NCBI GenBank assembly: GCA_038087875.1
Contig: JAXLNO010000612.1
Span: 62,001-125,327 of the forward strand
Source of the DNA: Malacoraja senta
Taxonomy: Eukaryota
Length of the DNA stretch: 63,327 bases
Direction of reading: 5' to 3'
Part shown: positions 43,031 through 55,900 of the stretch, in pieces
How the letters are laid out: each line of letters starts with the position of its first letter
How positions within the stretch are numbered: position 1 is the stretch's first letter
The notes under the pieces: model-generated
The model's database searches: none
What the model saw: the letters and a program-made list of their open reading frames with translations, nothing else
What the model was told of the DNA's origin: nothing
Program-made: the position numbers and the translations under genes

Positions 43031-46000
43031 GCTTTACAAAGCGAGTAAAACAATCTGCGAATCAGGATTAGATATCAATCAACTTGTGATCTCTGCAATG
43101 TGAAGAGCTGACATTGTGTCAAAATGTAGGAGTATCAGAGTCACCTGAGATTACACAGAATGTCATCTGCATTTGAATGTGATCTGCGATAAATATGCTC
43201 CCAGAACTGTCAAAGGTGTAAGGAAATATCCTGGGATTTCCTTGCTGAGCTAGATGAGGATGACGGTAAACTATGTTGAAGGTTTATTCACTCATTGCGG
43301 TGACAGGCGCGCATTTATCAATCAGAGCATTGGTTCACAAGTTGCAAGTGTTCACTTCTGGATGTGGCTGATTGTTCTGGCGGCCTGCAGTGAAAAGCAA
43401 ACGCTGGCTCGGGATCAACAGCGTTGCCTTCCGCATCATCTCCAAAAGCCACCATGTGGTCTGATGAGGTGACATACCAGATCTACTGAATAAGAAACCT
43501 TCAAGAGATGGTTGAGTTTTCCACGTAACTTGCATTGTTTCTCCTCAGCAGGACCTCCTGTTCTGAGTGGGTCTCTGACACCACAGTTGTCTTATTGCTA
43601 TGAATTCTCAACAATACTGGTCCTTGTTTGTTAAGATCGAAAGACGCAGATCAGAATTAGGCCATTCTGCCCATCAAGTCAGCTCTGCCATTCAATCATG
43701 GCTGATCTAAGTCCATAATTTCATAATTTCTAGGAGCAGAATTAATGCAATTCGGCTCATCAAGTCTATTCCACCATTCAATCATGGCTGATCTATCTTT
43801 CCATCTCAACGGCATTCTCCTACCTTCTCCCCGTAATCTTTGACATCCTTTCAAATCAAGAACCTACCAACATCCACTTTAAAAGTACCCTATTGCTGCC
43901 TCCATAGCAGTCTGTGGCAATGAATTCCACAGTTTCACCACCCTTTGGCTAAAGAAATTCCTCCTCATCTCCATTCTAAAGGTATATTTTATTTTGAGGC
44001 TGTGCCTTCTGGACTTTCCCTCTACTGGATATAACCTCTCCACATCCATTTCATTATCCGGTAGGTTTCAATGAGATTTCCCTTCGTCCTTCTAAACTCC
44101 AGCGAGTGCAGGCCCAGAGCCGTCAAACACTCATCATACATTAACCCAATCATTCCTAGAATCATTCTCGTGAACCTCCTCTGGATCCTCTCCATCGCCA
44201 GATCATTCTTCCACAGATATGAGACCCAAGATGGCTCACAATATTCCAAATGTGGTCTGCTGATTGTTGTTGGCGTTTGAGAACACAAAATAACTTGGCC
44301 TGTCGTGTAAGAAGGAACTGCAGATGGTGGTTTAAACCGGATAGACACAAAGTGCTGGAGTAACCAGGTGGGTCAGGCAGCACCTCTGGAGAACATGGAT
44401 AAATGAAGTTTCGGGCAGAGACCCCCCTTCAGATTAGGATATGTCAATAAGGAGGTTGTTTTAGGCTGCAGCAGGGTATAGATCAGGTGGAAGAGTTAGG
44501 AGGTGCTATGGCAGGTAGAATTTAATCCCAACAACTGTGAGGTGATGTATTTTGGAAGTTATATAGGGATAGTATATATAGTGAATGGTAGGGCACCAAG
44601 GACTGAAGCTGAACAGAGTCACCTAGGAAGACCATTCCTCTGTGAGAGTGGCAACACAGATCTATACAGGTTGGTGAAGATGCATGTAGCATGCTTGCCT
44701 TCATAGGTCAGGGCATTAAGTTTTGGAGGTTGTGCTGCAACTTTGCAAGACAAAGGTTAGGCCGCACTTGGAGTATTGTGTGCAGTTCCAGTTGACACAC
44801 TATAGAAAGGATGAAGTTGCACTGGGGAAAGTACAGAGGAGATTCACCAGGACGTTACCTGGATTAGAAGACAGTGATTATGGGGAGAGGTTGAACGAGG
44901 CTGAGGGGTGACCTGATAGAAGTATTTAATATTATGAGAGGCATAAACAGATTATAGGACACAAAGTGCTGGAGTAACTCAGCAGTTCCTTCAGCCAGCA
45001 TCTGCAGTTCTTTGTTTCTACAAAAATAGATTAGATAGTGAAAAGGTTCTTCCCATGGTAAGGACATCAAAGATCAGAGGGCATAGGTGTAATGTGAAAT
45101 AGGAATCTGAGAGAGGATCTGAGGAGAAAGTCTTGTTACACAAATAGTTTGATATCAGGAATGGTCTGCCAGAGAAAGTGGTTGAAACAAATATCTCATA
45201 AGGTCATAGAATTAGGCCATTCAGTCCTTCAAGTCTACTCCGCCATTCAATCATGGCTGATTGAATGGTGGAGTAGACTTGATGGGCTGAATGGCCTCCC
45301 TCCTAACCCCAATTTCCTGCTTTCTCTCCATAACCACTGACACCTGTTGTAATCAAAAAGTGTATGGGGTGATTGTTGGTCGGCATGGACTTGGTGGGCC
45401 GAAGGGCCTGTTTCCATGCAATATCTCTAAACTAAGCAGCTGATGAACCACCAGAAAATAAAAGATACTTTGAGCAATGAACCTATATGTAGGTTTGTCA
45501 ACATGTTTTGTGGTCAGAGTTTGGAGTAATGTAATGAGCACTGAAGGTTCAATTTCCTAACTGTGGGCTGAGCAAATGTGTTTAACTCAATCCCCGTGGG
45601 TCAGATCAAAGGCGGATGGAGAACTTCATTTGGTAACTATACCTAAAAGGAATTACGACAGATACTTAAATGGACAAGGCACAGAAGGAGATGGTTCCAT
45701 TACCACACGTGGGATTAGTGTAGATGGGCAAAAAAGGTGGGTATAGATCGGATGGGCCAAAAGGCCTGATTCTGTGCTGTACAGTTCTATGACTCTATGA
45801 TTCTAGGAGGAGATGACATTCAGTTTTTCAGATGTTGCTATCAGGAGAGTGTGTCCATCCATTCTGTGGCCCAGGAATCTATTCATGTATAAGATGAAGT
45901 GACATTGGGGAAGGATTGACAGAGGAGTGAATAGGGTAACAGTTCTGGTATGTTTTAGCCAAACAAAGTGCTGGAGGAGCAGGGTGAGGACGGAGGAAGT

Positions 46001-46328
46001 TTCAGGTCAGAACTCTTTTTCAAGTCGACTTAGTCTGTTTATTTCCCTTGCGGAATTGGGGTTGACGCCAGGTGGACAATTGGGACAGTGGGGTGAACCC
46101 ACGTGATATGGTTTATTTATAGAGAATGACAATGGTGACGAGAAGGTCTGGGTCCATGTGGGGGAGCAGTCCCTCGATACCAGTGTGCATGTGAGGGCTG
46201 TCTGGAGATCTCGGGCTTGGCCCGGCAGCTCAGTCTTGACCTCGAGGAGGAGCTTTTGGCAGTTTCAGGCTTGTCCCAGTCACTCGGTTTCAAAGGAGGC
46301 ACTGGCTGTTTTGCGCTTATCCCCGCAG
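43031..46328. repeat. 3,298-bp direct repeat, copy 2 (right of L1 B)
   Basis: Begins immediately after the L1 A-tail and appears identical to 34115-37412. Confidence 0.97.
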
Positions 46329-46593
46329 CTAAGTCCTGGTTACGAAGAAAGAGGCTTGGCGATCTCTAGCTTGTGCCTGCATCTCACACTTTTCACATCA
46401 GCCTTGTACTGGTAGCTCAGTCTTGGCCTCAAAGGAGGCGGTAGTTGTCCTTGGTTTATCCTGGTGTCTCAGTCCTGGTCTCGAAGGAGAAGGCGCAGCA
46501 ATCTCAGGCTTGTGCCTGAAACTCACTCTTGCCTCGAAACAAAAGGTACTGGCAGTCTCATGTTTGTCCTGGTGGATTAGCCTTGGGCTTGAA
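46200..46593. repeat. Degenerate ~55-57-bp tandem repeat, split by the CR1 and continuing at ~51668-51930
   Basis: The unit TCTCAGGCTTGTCCCGGCAGCTCAGTCTTGGCCTCGAAGGAG...CACTGG recurs on both sides of the CR1. Confidence 0.7.
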
Positions 46594-46962
46594 GAGGCCC
46601 AGGCACCGTTGCAGGAGGAGGAGCGGCGTCCGGGTGGTGAGAACATAAACGGCATGGGGCTTTGTTTTCCAGAGGCCCAGGGACCGTTGCAGGAGGAGGA
46701 GCGGCGTCCGGGTGGTGAGAACATAAACGGCACGAGGCTTTGTTTTCCAGAGGCCCAGGGACCGTTGCAGGAGGAGGAACCAAAAACTGCAACGTTCCAT
46801 TCAAGTTTCCTATAACTGAGGAAGCCGCTGATTGGTGGAAGAGGACTAAGAGGAAGCAGCTGATTGGTGGAAGAGGACTAAGAGGAAGCTGCTGATTTCC
46901 TCCACCAGTTTGTATTGTATCCAGGGTAAGGCTTTGTATTGTATCCAGGGTAATGGGGGAGA

Positions 46963-47829
46963 ATGAGGGCCAGGGCAGTTTACTGTTCTGGATGTCAGAT
47001 GTGGGAGGTCATGGAGTCTGATACCCCTCCAGACGTCCACATCTGTGCCAGGTGCATCGAGATGGGGTTCCTAAGGGACCGTGTTAGGAACCTGGAGCAG
47101 CAGCTCGATGACCTCTGTCTGATCAGGGAGAGTGAGGAGGTCATAGAAAAGACTTATAGGGAGGTGGCCACTCCAAGACCACGGGAGGCGGACATGTGGG
47201 TCACGGTTAGGAAGGGCAAGGGGCAGAGGCAGGGACTAGTGAGTACCCCGGTGGCTGTACACCTTGAAAATAAGTACTCATGTTCGAGTACTGTTGCGGG
47301 GGACAGTCTTCATGGGGGTAGCGACAGCGGCCGGGCCTCCGGCACAGAGACCGGCCCTGTTGTTCAGAAGGGTAGGGAAAAGAAGAGGAGGGCAATAGTA
47401 ATAGGGGACTCTATGGTTAGGGGGTCGGATAGGCGATTCTGTGGACGCAGTCAGGAGACCCGGATGGTAGTTTGCCTCCCTGGTGCCAGGGTCAGGGATG
47501 TGTCTGAACGTGTCCAAGGTATCCTGCAATCGGAGGGAGAGGAGCCTGAGGTTGTGGTACATATAGGTACCAATGACATAGGCAGAAAAAGAGAAGAGGT
47601 CCTGAAAGGAGAATTTAGGGAGTTGGGAGGAGAGTTAAGGAGAAGGACCGCAAAGGTAACAATCTCAGGATTACTACCTGTGCCACTTGAACCCGAGGCG
47701 GACCAATATCCTGGCGGGGAGATTTGCAAAGGCTACTGGGGAGACTTTAAACTAGAACGGTTGGGGGGAGGGACTCAAATAGAGAAAGCTAGTAGAAAAT
47801 GCAGGAGGCAGAGAAGGGAAGCACTCTGA
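46963..47829 (+). pseudogene. CR1 ORF1: zinc finger, leucine zipper and SGNH/GDSL esterase domain
   Basis: CSGC...CARC, IVIGDSMVR, CLPGA and VVHIGTND motifs. A deletion at ~47686 shifts the final HLN...TNILAGRF block out of frame. Confidence 0.85.
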
Positions 47830-48187
47830 CCCAAAATGTAGGGGAGAAAGAAGAAAAAGATAATAAACATAGAATAAGTGGTGGTGGGTTTCTTAAATGT
47901 GTATATTTTAATGCTAAGAGCTTAGATGGATGAGCTTAGAGCCTGGATTGACACCTGGAAGTATGATGTTGTGGCGATCAGTGAAACATGGTTGCAGGAG
48001 GGCTGCGATTGGAAACTAAATATTCCAGGATTTCGTTGTTTCAGGGCTGATAGAATTGGAGGGGCAAGAGGTGGGGGTGTTGCATTGCTTGTCAAGGAAG
48101 ATATTACAGCAGTGCTTTGGCAGGATAGATTAGAGGGCTCGTCTAGGGAGGCTATTTGGGTGGAACTGAGAAATGGGAAAGGTGTAG

Positions 48188-48942
48188 ATACATAGATACA
48201 TAGAAAATAGGTGCAGGAGTGGGCCATTCGGCCCTTCGAGCCTGCACCGCCATTCAATATGATCATGGCTGATCATCCAACTCAGTATCCCATACCTGCC
48301 TTCTCTCCATACCCCCTGATCCCTTTAGCCACAAGGGCCACATCTAACTCCCTCTTAAATATAGCCAATGAACTGGCATCAACTACCCTCTGTGGCAGAG
48401 AGTTCCAGAGATTCACCACTCTCTGTGTGAAAAAGTTTTTCCTCATCTCGGTCTTAAAGGATTTCCCCCTTATCCTTAAGCTGTGACCCCTTGTCCTGGA
48501 CTTCCCCAACATCGGGAACAATCTTCCTGCATCTAGCCTGTCCAACCCCATAAGAATTTTGTACGTTTCTATAAGATCCCCTCTCAATCTCCTAAATTCT
48601 AGCGAGTGTAAGCCAAGTCTATCCAGTCTTTCTTCATATGAAAGTCCTGACATCCCAGGAATCAGTCTGGTGAACCTTCTCTGCACTCCCTCTATGGCTA
48701 TAATGTCCTTCCTCAGATTTGGAGACCAAAACTGTACGCAATACTGCAGGTGTGGTCTCACCAAGACCCTGTACAACTGCAGTAGAACCTCCCTGCTCCT
48801 ATACTCAAATCCTCTTGCTATGAAGGCCAACATACCATTCGCTTTCTTCACTGCCTGCTGCACCTCCATGCCTACTTTCAATGACTGGTGTATCATGACA
48901 CCCAGGTCTCGCTGCATCTCCCCATTTCCTAATCGGCCACCA
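48188..48942 (-). mobile_element. Young CR1 3' fragment nested antisense in the CR1 endonuclease region
   Basis: ORF 48282-48917. The host frame ...ELRNGKGV | TLIGVYYRPP resumes after it. Confidence 0.93.
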
Positions 48943-49891
48943 ACACTTATAGGGGTGTATTATAGACCGCCAAATGGGGAGCGAGAATTGGAAGAGCAAA
49001 TATGTAAGGAGATAGCAGATATTAGTAGTAAGCACAAGGTAGTGATTGTGGGAGATTTCAATTTTCCACACATAGACTGGGAAACACATTCTGTAAAAGG
49101 GCTGGATGGATTGGAGTTTGTAAAATGTGTGCAGGATAGTTTTTTGCAGCAATACATAGAGGTACTTACTAGAGAAGGGGCAGTGCTGGACCTCCTGTTA
49201 GGAAATGAGACAGGGCAGGTAGCGGAGGTATGTGTCGGGGAGCACTTTGCGTCCAGTGATCACAATACCATTAGTTTCAATATAATTATGGAGAGGGTCA
49301 GAACTGGACCTAGGGTTGAGATTTTTGATTGGAGAAAGGCTAACTTTGAGGAGATGCGAAAGGATTTAAAAGGAGTGAATTGGGACATGTTGTTTTATGG
49401 GAAGGATGTAGAAGAGAAATGGAGGACATTTAAGGGTGAAATTTTAAGAGTACAGAATCTTTATGTCCCTGTTCGGTTGAAAGGAAATAGTAAACATTGG
49501 AAAGAGCCATGGTTTTCAAGGGAAATTGGACACGGTTCGGAAAAAGAGAGAGATCTACAATAATTATAGGCAGCATGGAGTAAATGAGGTGCTTGAGGAG
49601 TATAAAGAATGTAAAAAGAATATTAAGACAGAAATTAGAAAAGCTAAAAGAAGATATAAGGTTGCTTTGGCAAGTAAGGTGAAAGTAAATCCAAAGGGTT
49701 TCTACAGCTATATTAATAGCAAAAGGATAACAAGGAATAAAATTGGTCCATTAGAGAGTCAGAGTGGACAGCCATCTGCAGAGCCAAAAGAGATGGGGGA
49801 GATATTGAATTTCTTTTCTTCGGTATTCACCAAGGAGAAGGATATGGAATTATGTGAGGTAAGGGAAACAAGCAGAGTAGCAATGGAAACG

Positions 49892-50018
49892 ATAATAATA
49901 ATAATAATAATAAGTACTTTATTAATCCCCTTATTCAGGGGAAATTCAGATGTCCTTGCAGCACACTAATAAAAATACAACATAGCATTATAGAAGTTTA
50001 ACATTAAAACATAAAAAC
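49892..50018 (-). mobile_element. Short LINE tail insertion in CR1 ORF2
   Basis: Minus strand ends AATAAAGTAC(TTA)n. It interrupts host GGAAACG|ATGAGATTC. Family not identified. Confidence 0.6.
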
Positions 50019-51566
50019 ATGAGATTCAAAGAAGAGGAGGTTCGGACACTTTTGAAAAATATGAAAACGGAAAAGTCTCCAGGTCCTGACAGGATATTCC
50101 CTAGGACATTGAGGAAAGTTAGTGTAGAAATAGCAGGGGCTATGACAGAAATATTTCAAATGTCATTAGAAACGGGAATAGTGCCGGAGGATTGGCGTAC
50201 TGCGCATGTTGTTCCGTTGTTTAAAAAGGGTTCTAAGAGTAAACCTAGCAATTATAGACCTGTTAGTTTGATGTCAGTGGTGGGCAAATTAATGGAAAGG
50301 ATACTTAAAGATAATATATATAAGCATCTGGATAAGCAGGGTCTGATTAGGAACAGTCAACATGGATTTGCGCCTGGAAGGTCATGTTTGACTAATCTTC
50401 TTGAATTTTTCGAAGAGGTTACTAGGGAAATTGATGAGGGTAAAGCAGTGGATGTTGTCTATATGGACTTCAGTAAGGCCTTTGACAAGGTTCCTCATGG
50501 AAGGTTCGTTAAGAAGATTCAATTGTTGGGTATTAATGGTGGAGTAGCAAGATGGATTCAACAGTGGCTGAATGGGAGATGCCAGAGAGTAATGGTGGAT
50601 GGCTGTTTGTCAGGTTGGAGGCCGGTGACTAGTGGGGTGCCTCAGGGGTCTGTGTTGGGTCCACTGTTGTTTGTCACGTACATCAATGAACTGGATGATG
50701 GTGTGGAAAATTGGATTAGTAAGTATGCAGATGATACTAAGATAGGTGGTGTGGTGGATAATGAAGTAGATTTTCAAAGTCTACAGAGAGATTTAGGCCA
50801 TTTGGAAGAGTGGGCTGAAAGATGGCAGATGGAGTTTAATGCTGACAAATGTGAGGTACTACATCTCGGCAGGACAAATCAAAATAGGACGTACATGGTA
50901 AATGGTAGCGAATTGAGGAATGCAGTTGAACAGAGGGATCTAGGAATAACTGTGCATAGTTCCCTGAAGGTGGAATCTCATGTAGATAGGGTGGTAAAGA
51001 AAGCTTTTGGTGTGCTGGCCTTTATAAATCAGAGCATTGAATATAGAAGTTGGGATGTAATGTTAAAATTGTACAAGGCATTGGTGAGGCCAATTCTGGA
51101 GTATGGAGTACAATTTTGGTCGCCTAATTATAGGAAGGATGTCAACAAAATAGAGAGAGTACAGAGGAGATTTACTAGAATGTTGCCTGGGTTTCAGCAA
51201 CTAAGTTACAGAGAAAGGTTGAACAAGTTAGGTCTTTATTCTTTGGAGTGCAGAAGGTTAAGAGGGGACTTGATAGAGGTCTTTAAAATTATGAGCGGGT
51301 TAGACAGAGTGGACGTGGATAAGCTTTTCCCATTGAGAGTAGGGAAGATTCAAACAAGGGGACTTGACTTGAGAATTAAGGGACAGAAGTTTAGGGGTAA
51401 CATTAGGGGGAACTTCTTTACTCAGAGAGTGGTAGCTGTGTGGAATGAGCTTCCAGTGGAAGTGGTGGAGGCAGGTTCGATGTTATCCTTTAAAAATAGA
51501 TTGGATGAATATATGGACGGGAAAGGAATGGAGGGTTATGGTCTGAGTGCAGGTAGATGGGACTAG
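50019..51566 (+). pseudogene. CR1 ORF2 reverse transcriptase part (515 codons open)
   Basis: KSPGPD, NYRPVSL, QHGF, DFSKAFDKVPH, SGVPQGS and YADD motifs. It is separated from the endonuclease by insertions and a frameshift. Confidence 0.92.
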
Positions 51567-52084
51567 GGGGAAGTAAGACGAAAGAAGGGAAAAAAAAAAT
51601 GTTCTGCACGGACTTTAAGGGCCGAGATGGCCTGTTTCCGTGCTGTTATGATTATATATGGTTATATGGAGGACTGCACTGGTAGTCTTGAGCTTATCTC
51701 GGTGGCTCAGTCTTTGCTGTGAAGTGCTGGTGGCCTCAGGCTTATCTTGGCAGCTTGGTCTTTTCTCTGTGTGCACCCACAGCCCCTCATTGTCTGTGGG
51801 AAGGTGAGGAGCACTGGTGTTCTCAGGATTGTCCCAGCCTAACAGAGGGCACTGTTGTCTAGGGCTTGTCCTGGCAGCTCAGTCGTGCCCTCGTGAAAAG
51901 GGCTCTGGAGGTTTTGGGTTTGTCCTGGCGATTCTCCTCCTTTGGGCAAATCCAATGACAGCTAACTGGACCCAGCAGTTACTTATTTGACTGTGACCTC
52001 AGCTCAATCTGGACCTCTGGACAGAGTGCCGGTGTTGTTTGGTGGCCAGGAGCTGTTTATAGTGCTGACGATTGACTTCTCTTG

Positions 52085-52432
52085 ACTTGGATGTGGCGAA
52101 GATGTTTCCACCAGTGGAAGAGTCTAGGACTCGAGGTCGTAGCCTCAGAATTAAGGGACTTTCTTTTTGGAAGGAGATGAGGAGACATTTCTTTAGTCAG
52201 AGGGTGGTGAATCTGTGGAATTCTTTGCCACAGAAGGCTGTGGAGGCCAAGTCAGTGGATATTTTTAAGGCAGAGATGGACAGATTTTTTATTAGTTCGG
52301 CTGTCAGAGGTTATGGGAGAAGGCAGGAGAATGGGGTTAGGAGGGAGAGATGGATCAGCCATGATTGAATGGCGGAGTAGACTTGATGGGCCAAATGGCC
52401 TAATTTTACTCCTATCACTTATGACCTTATGA
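52085..52432 (+). mobile_element. CR1 3' fragment
   Basis: ORF 52072-52368 (SRTRG, FFSQRVVNLWNSLP) followed by a CR1 tail. Confidence 0.88.
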
Positions 52433-52966
52433 CATTGCCTGTCGGTGATGAGGATCAGAGCACCACGGCAGGGAGGAGGTGCTGTCACACTGTCCACACA
52501 TTATATATGAACTGCTGAGTGCCTCCAGCAGTTTGTGTTTTGCTAAAACCAACCAGCAGTTGCAATCTCTTGTGTCTCTGGTATACTTTAGGTCTGGTTT
52601 CTCAAGAAAGGCATTGCATTCATAGATGTACTCATGGTCAGTGAATACATCAACTATTGTAATATGGGGAAAAAAGTATTGATTAGGTTCCTTAAGCTCT
52701 GTCAGGAATTTGCAAGATTTCATGAGTAAAAGTTAATAATAAAAAAATTAAGAGGTAAAATGCAAGCTTGTGAAATTAGCAATTGGGCATTCAAAATTCA
52801 CAGATGCAATCGGGCAAGTATTTAGAAAAAGTACTTATATATGGAGCAACAATGTGCCACCACACTCATATATTACCATGCCCACCTTACACATCTAACA
52901 CAAGTTGAATTAACTATTCAACTGTGACCATTAGAACAAACATCTGTCGTAGGTAAACAGTTGAAT

Positions 52967-55900
52967 GTCCCGTAGGAGTTTAATAGTATCACCTCTGTAC
53001 ATCATCTTCTCTCCGTGGTTGATTTTTTTCATCAGCGCTTCCATTGTTGAGATATCCCGAAGTTTAATTATGATCTGTCGTGGGTAGGCACGTTCTCCTT
53101 GAGATCTTGATTTAAATCTGGGGAGTCGATGTGCTACTTCAATTACAGGTACTTCTGGTAGCTTCAGTACGTGTTTAATTAGGTTGGCAGCGAACTCACA
53201 AACATTGTCCCCCTCAGCTCCCTCTTTTACACCACGTATTCTTATATTTTGGCGTCTTGAGCGAGCTTCTAGGTCAACACATTTATTCGAAACCTTTGTG
53301 ACTTGGTTCTTGAGACTATCTATTTCTGACTTCATAGTCTGCATCTCTCCAGCCATCACTTCCACAACAGCTTCCAAATCATTCACTGCAGATGCATTTG
53401 CAGCCACAGTTTCGTACACAGCCTCAAACATCTTTGTGGTCTCTTCTGCCACCTTTTCAATTTTTATCGATAATCCTTTTTCCACACCTTCAATTCTTTT
53501 TTGGAGAGCCTCAATACCCTCAAGTATTTTATCATTACCGGCCATCAATTCAATTTACTGTTCCCAGCTTCCATATCATTTTTGATATCTCTTACCGAGT
53601 TTCTTAAGTCCCTCCATTTCGGTTTCTCTTTTGCAGATCGAGTAGCCATTCCAGAGACCTCTCCAGAGGTCAGTTCTGAAGTTTCTTGCTGTTCCAGAGT
53701 CTTCAGCAGATGTTTTGAGATTTTCCTCTGTGGGCTCTGACCTGGAGATGTACTTTTCATTTAAAATGACTTTCCCTCCGTTAAAATCGCGGCGCTTACT
53801 GATGACGTCATCAGCACCGCGACATGAAGCTCCGGTAAGTTTTAAAAACGGTCCCGACCTCCAGACCCGATTTTAACGCGAAAAATCGCGATTTTTTTCA
53901 GCGGAGCTAAAAAGTTTGCGACTGCTAGCAGAGCATGTCGCAACCGGAAGTCAGGGTTACCCTTATGAGATTGAGCAAAAGAGAAGAAAGTTCTCACAGA
54001 CCAGAGAAGTTCTTTATGGTGTTAAGGGAGTTTTGTGTGGAGTGTTTTATCCGGCTAGAATGCGTATCACCTTTGAGGGAGTGTCAAAAACATTCACTAA
54101 TTCGGATTGAATCTCTCAAATACGCTCAAGAAATCGCGACTAAGGCTGCATCAACTGGAGATTGAAAACCAAGACGACATGAACAAACGAACTTGCTTAT
54201 TCTTCCAACAAGAGTATCACAAGGAAAGTGAATTAACTGAACACTGATTTTTTATTTTTATTTGACTTCAAGCAACAGATTCTTAGTGAGACGTGGCTAG
54301 ACATTATTATCTTCGCTGGAACATTGTGCTATGTAATTCAAGGACACTACGTGCTCAAACGAGGAAAACCTGATAACACGGGACGAACTGCTGGGCTGAG
54401 AGTGAAAAACATCACATGGCTTATATTGTTTATAAAAAACTGAAAAAACTGAGAACTAATAATAATTAACAATTAACAATACTAATATAGAAATAGCAAT
54501 TGAAATAGATAAAAAATGTGCAGTCTGCTCTGTTTAGCAGATAACAGCAAGTGCTATGCAGCTCGAGAGTGGAGGGAGGGGGAGACCGGGTACCTGGCAT
54601 AACTCCAGGAGCCAGACTCCCGTTAACCCTTCCAGCGAACAGCTCATTTTTAACAATATTAAAACCAATTTAAAATAGTTAAGAGATAATATACACTCGA
54701 GGTTGATATGAAAAATATATACGGCTTATATAGTTTTACAAAATGCTGAGAATTAATCATAATTAATAATTAACAATACTAATATAGAAATAATATTTGA
54801 AACTGATAAAACTGTGGTGCCTGCGTCATAACGCAGACAGCAGTTATCACCTATGTTCGCAGCTCGTGGAGAGGAGAGGAGATCAGGCACCTGGCACAAT
54901 TCCAGGAACCTGACTCCGGTTAATCCACTCAGTAAACCGCTCATTTTAACAATACTAAATTCATTTTAAAATAGTTAAGAGATAAAGAGTGAGTAGGATA
55001 TGGAATCGAATACATTTGACATATATATAAATTGTAACTGGGTGAAATAGAACTGAATTGGAAACGGTAATGACCCCATAGATTTTGGGTAATAAATACA
55101 GCGGGGCTAACTTTATACCAACTACGCCGGAAGCGTTATGGATGTCGTACCCCACAGACGAGTGGGCCACTCACTACGGTGTTGAAATTTTAGACACCGT
55201 AAATTTATTTGATTTATATATATTTTTTTTAATCACAATATGTCACATCTGTGTGTTTTTTCTTCAAGGACAATCGCGCAGGAGAACTACCAAGGAAGTC
55301 TATAATAGAAATACTCCCAAAATAACCAGAGTCCGGAGGTATGAACGCACCACAATAATTAAGGTCATTAAAACTGGTAAAAATGCATGACGACAATCAA
55401 AAGAAAATAGGAGGAATCACATTATGTAGTTGGAATATAAGGGGGATTAATGAACCTATTAAAAGGGGCAAGATACTAGCTCAGTTGAAATCATACAACA
55501 CGGACATTGCGTTTCTACAGGAAACACATCTTAAACAGCAAGATCAGACAAGACTGAGGGCGAACTGGATAGGCCAAACATTTCACTCTTCATTTACCTC
55601 CAAATCTAGAGGTACTGCAATTATTATTCGTAAAGGAATTCCATTTAAATCAAAGAACACTATTTTAGATAAGGAAGGGAGATATCTTATAGTAGCAGGG
55701 GAGATCAATAATATGCCAATTACGCTGGTAAACATATATGCGCCCCAACTTTGATAACCCTCAATTTTTTAATAAAATTCTGAATATAATTGCAGAATCT
55801 AATTATCAAAATGTTATAATCGGAGGAGATTTAGATCCTTATTTAGATAAATCGATGCAAAAACAAAAAGGTCAGACGAAATCTAAAACCAGTGAACTCT

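Larger units (their letters stand above)
46594..51667 (+). mobile_element. Near full-length CR1 LINE with tandem-repeat 5' UTR, esterase ORF1 and disrupted ORF2
   Basis: 5' tandem modules, ORF1 46963-47829, endonuclease fragments from ~47890, RT ORF 50019-51566 and a 3' tail GGCCTGTTTCCGTGCTG followed by short TA-rich repeats. The host repeat rejoins across the ends. Confidence 0.9.

Noticed and set aside
43031..46328. 3' transduction or LTR pair as the explanation for the 3.3-kb repeat
   Set aside because: There is no poly(A) or short TSD after copy 2 and no TG...CA ends, PBS or PPT. The repeat consists of ordinary old repeat fragments continuous with both outer flanks.
48559..49563. 334-aa ORF as a distinct gene
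   Set aside because: Chance fusion of the antisense strand of a nested CR1 with the host CR1 endonuclease frame.
52560..52723. Possible integrase relic (NQYFF...IVDVFT) on the minus strand
   Set aside because: The similarity is too short and weak to support without a profile search.
54560..54640. Twister or HDV ribozyme identity for the L1 spacer hairpin
   Set aside because: GTGGAGGG and TAA resemble twister fragments, but I could not find the conserved P4 loop or pseudoknot partners, nor an HDV nested double pseudoknot. It is left unclassified.
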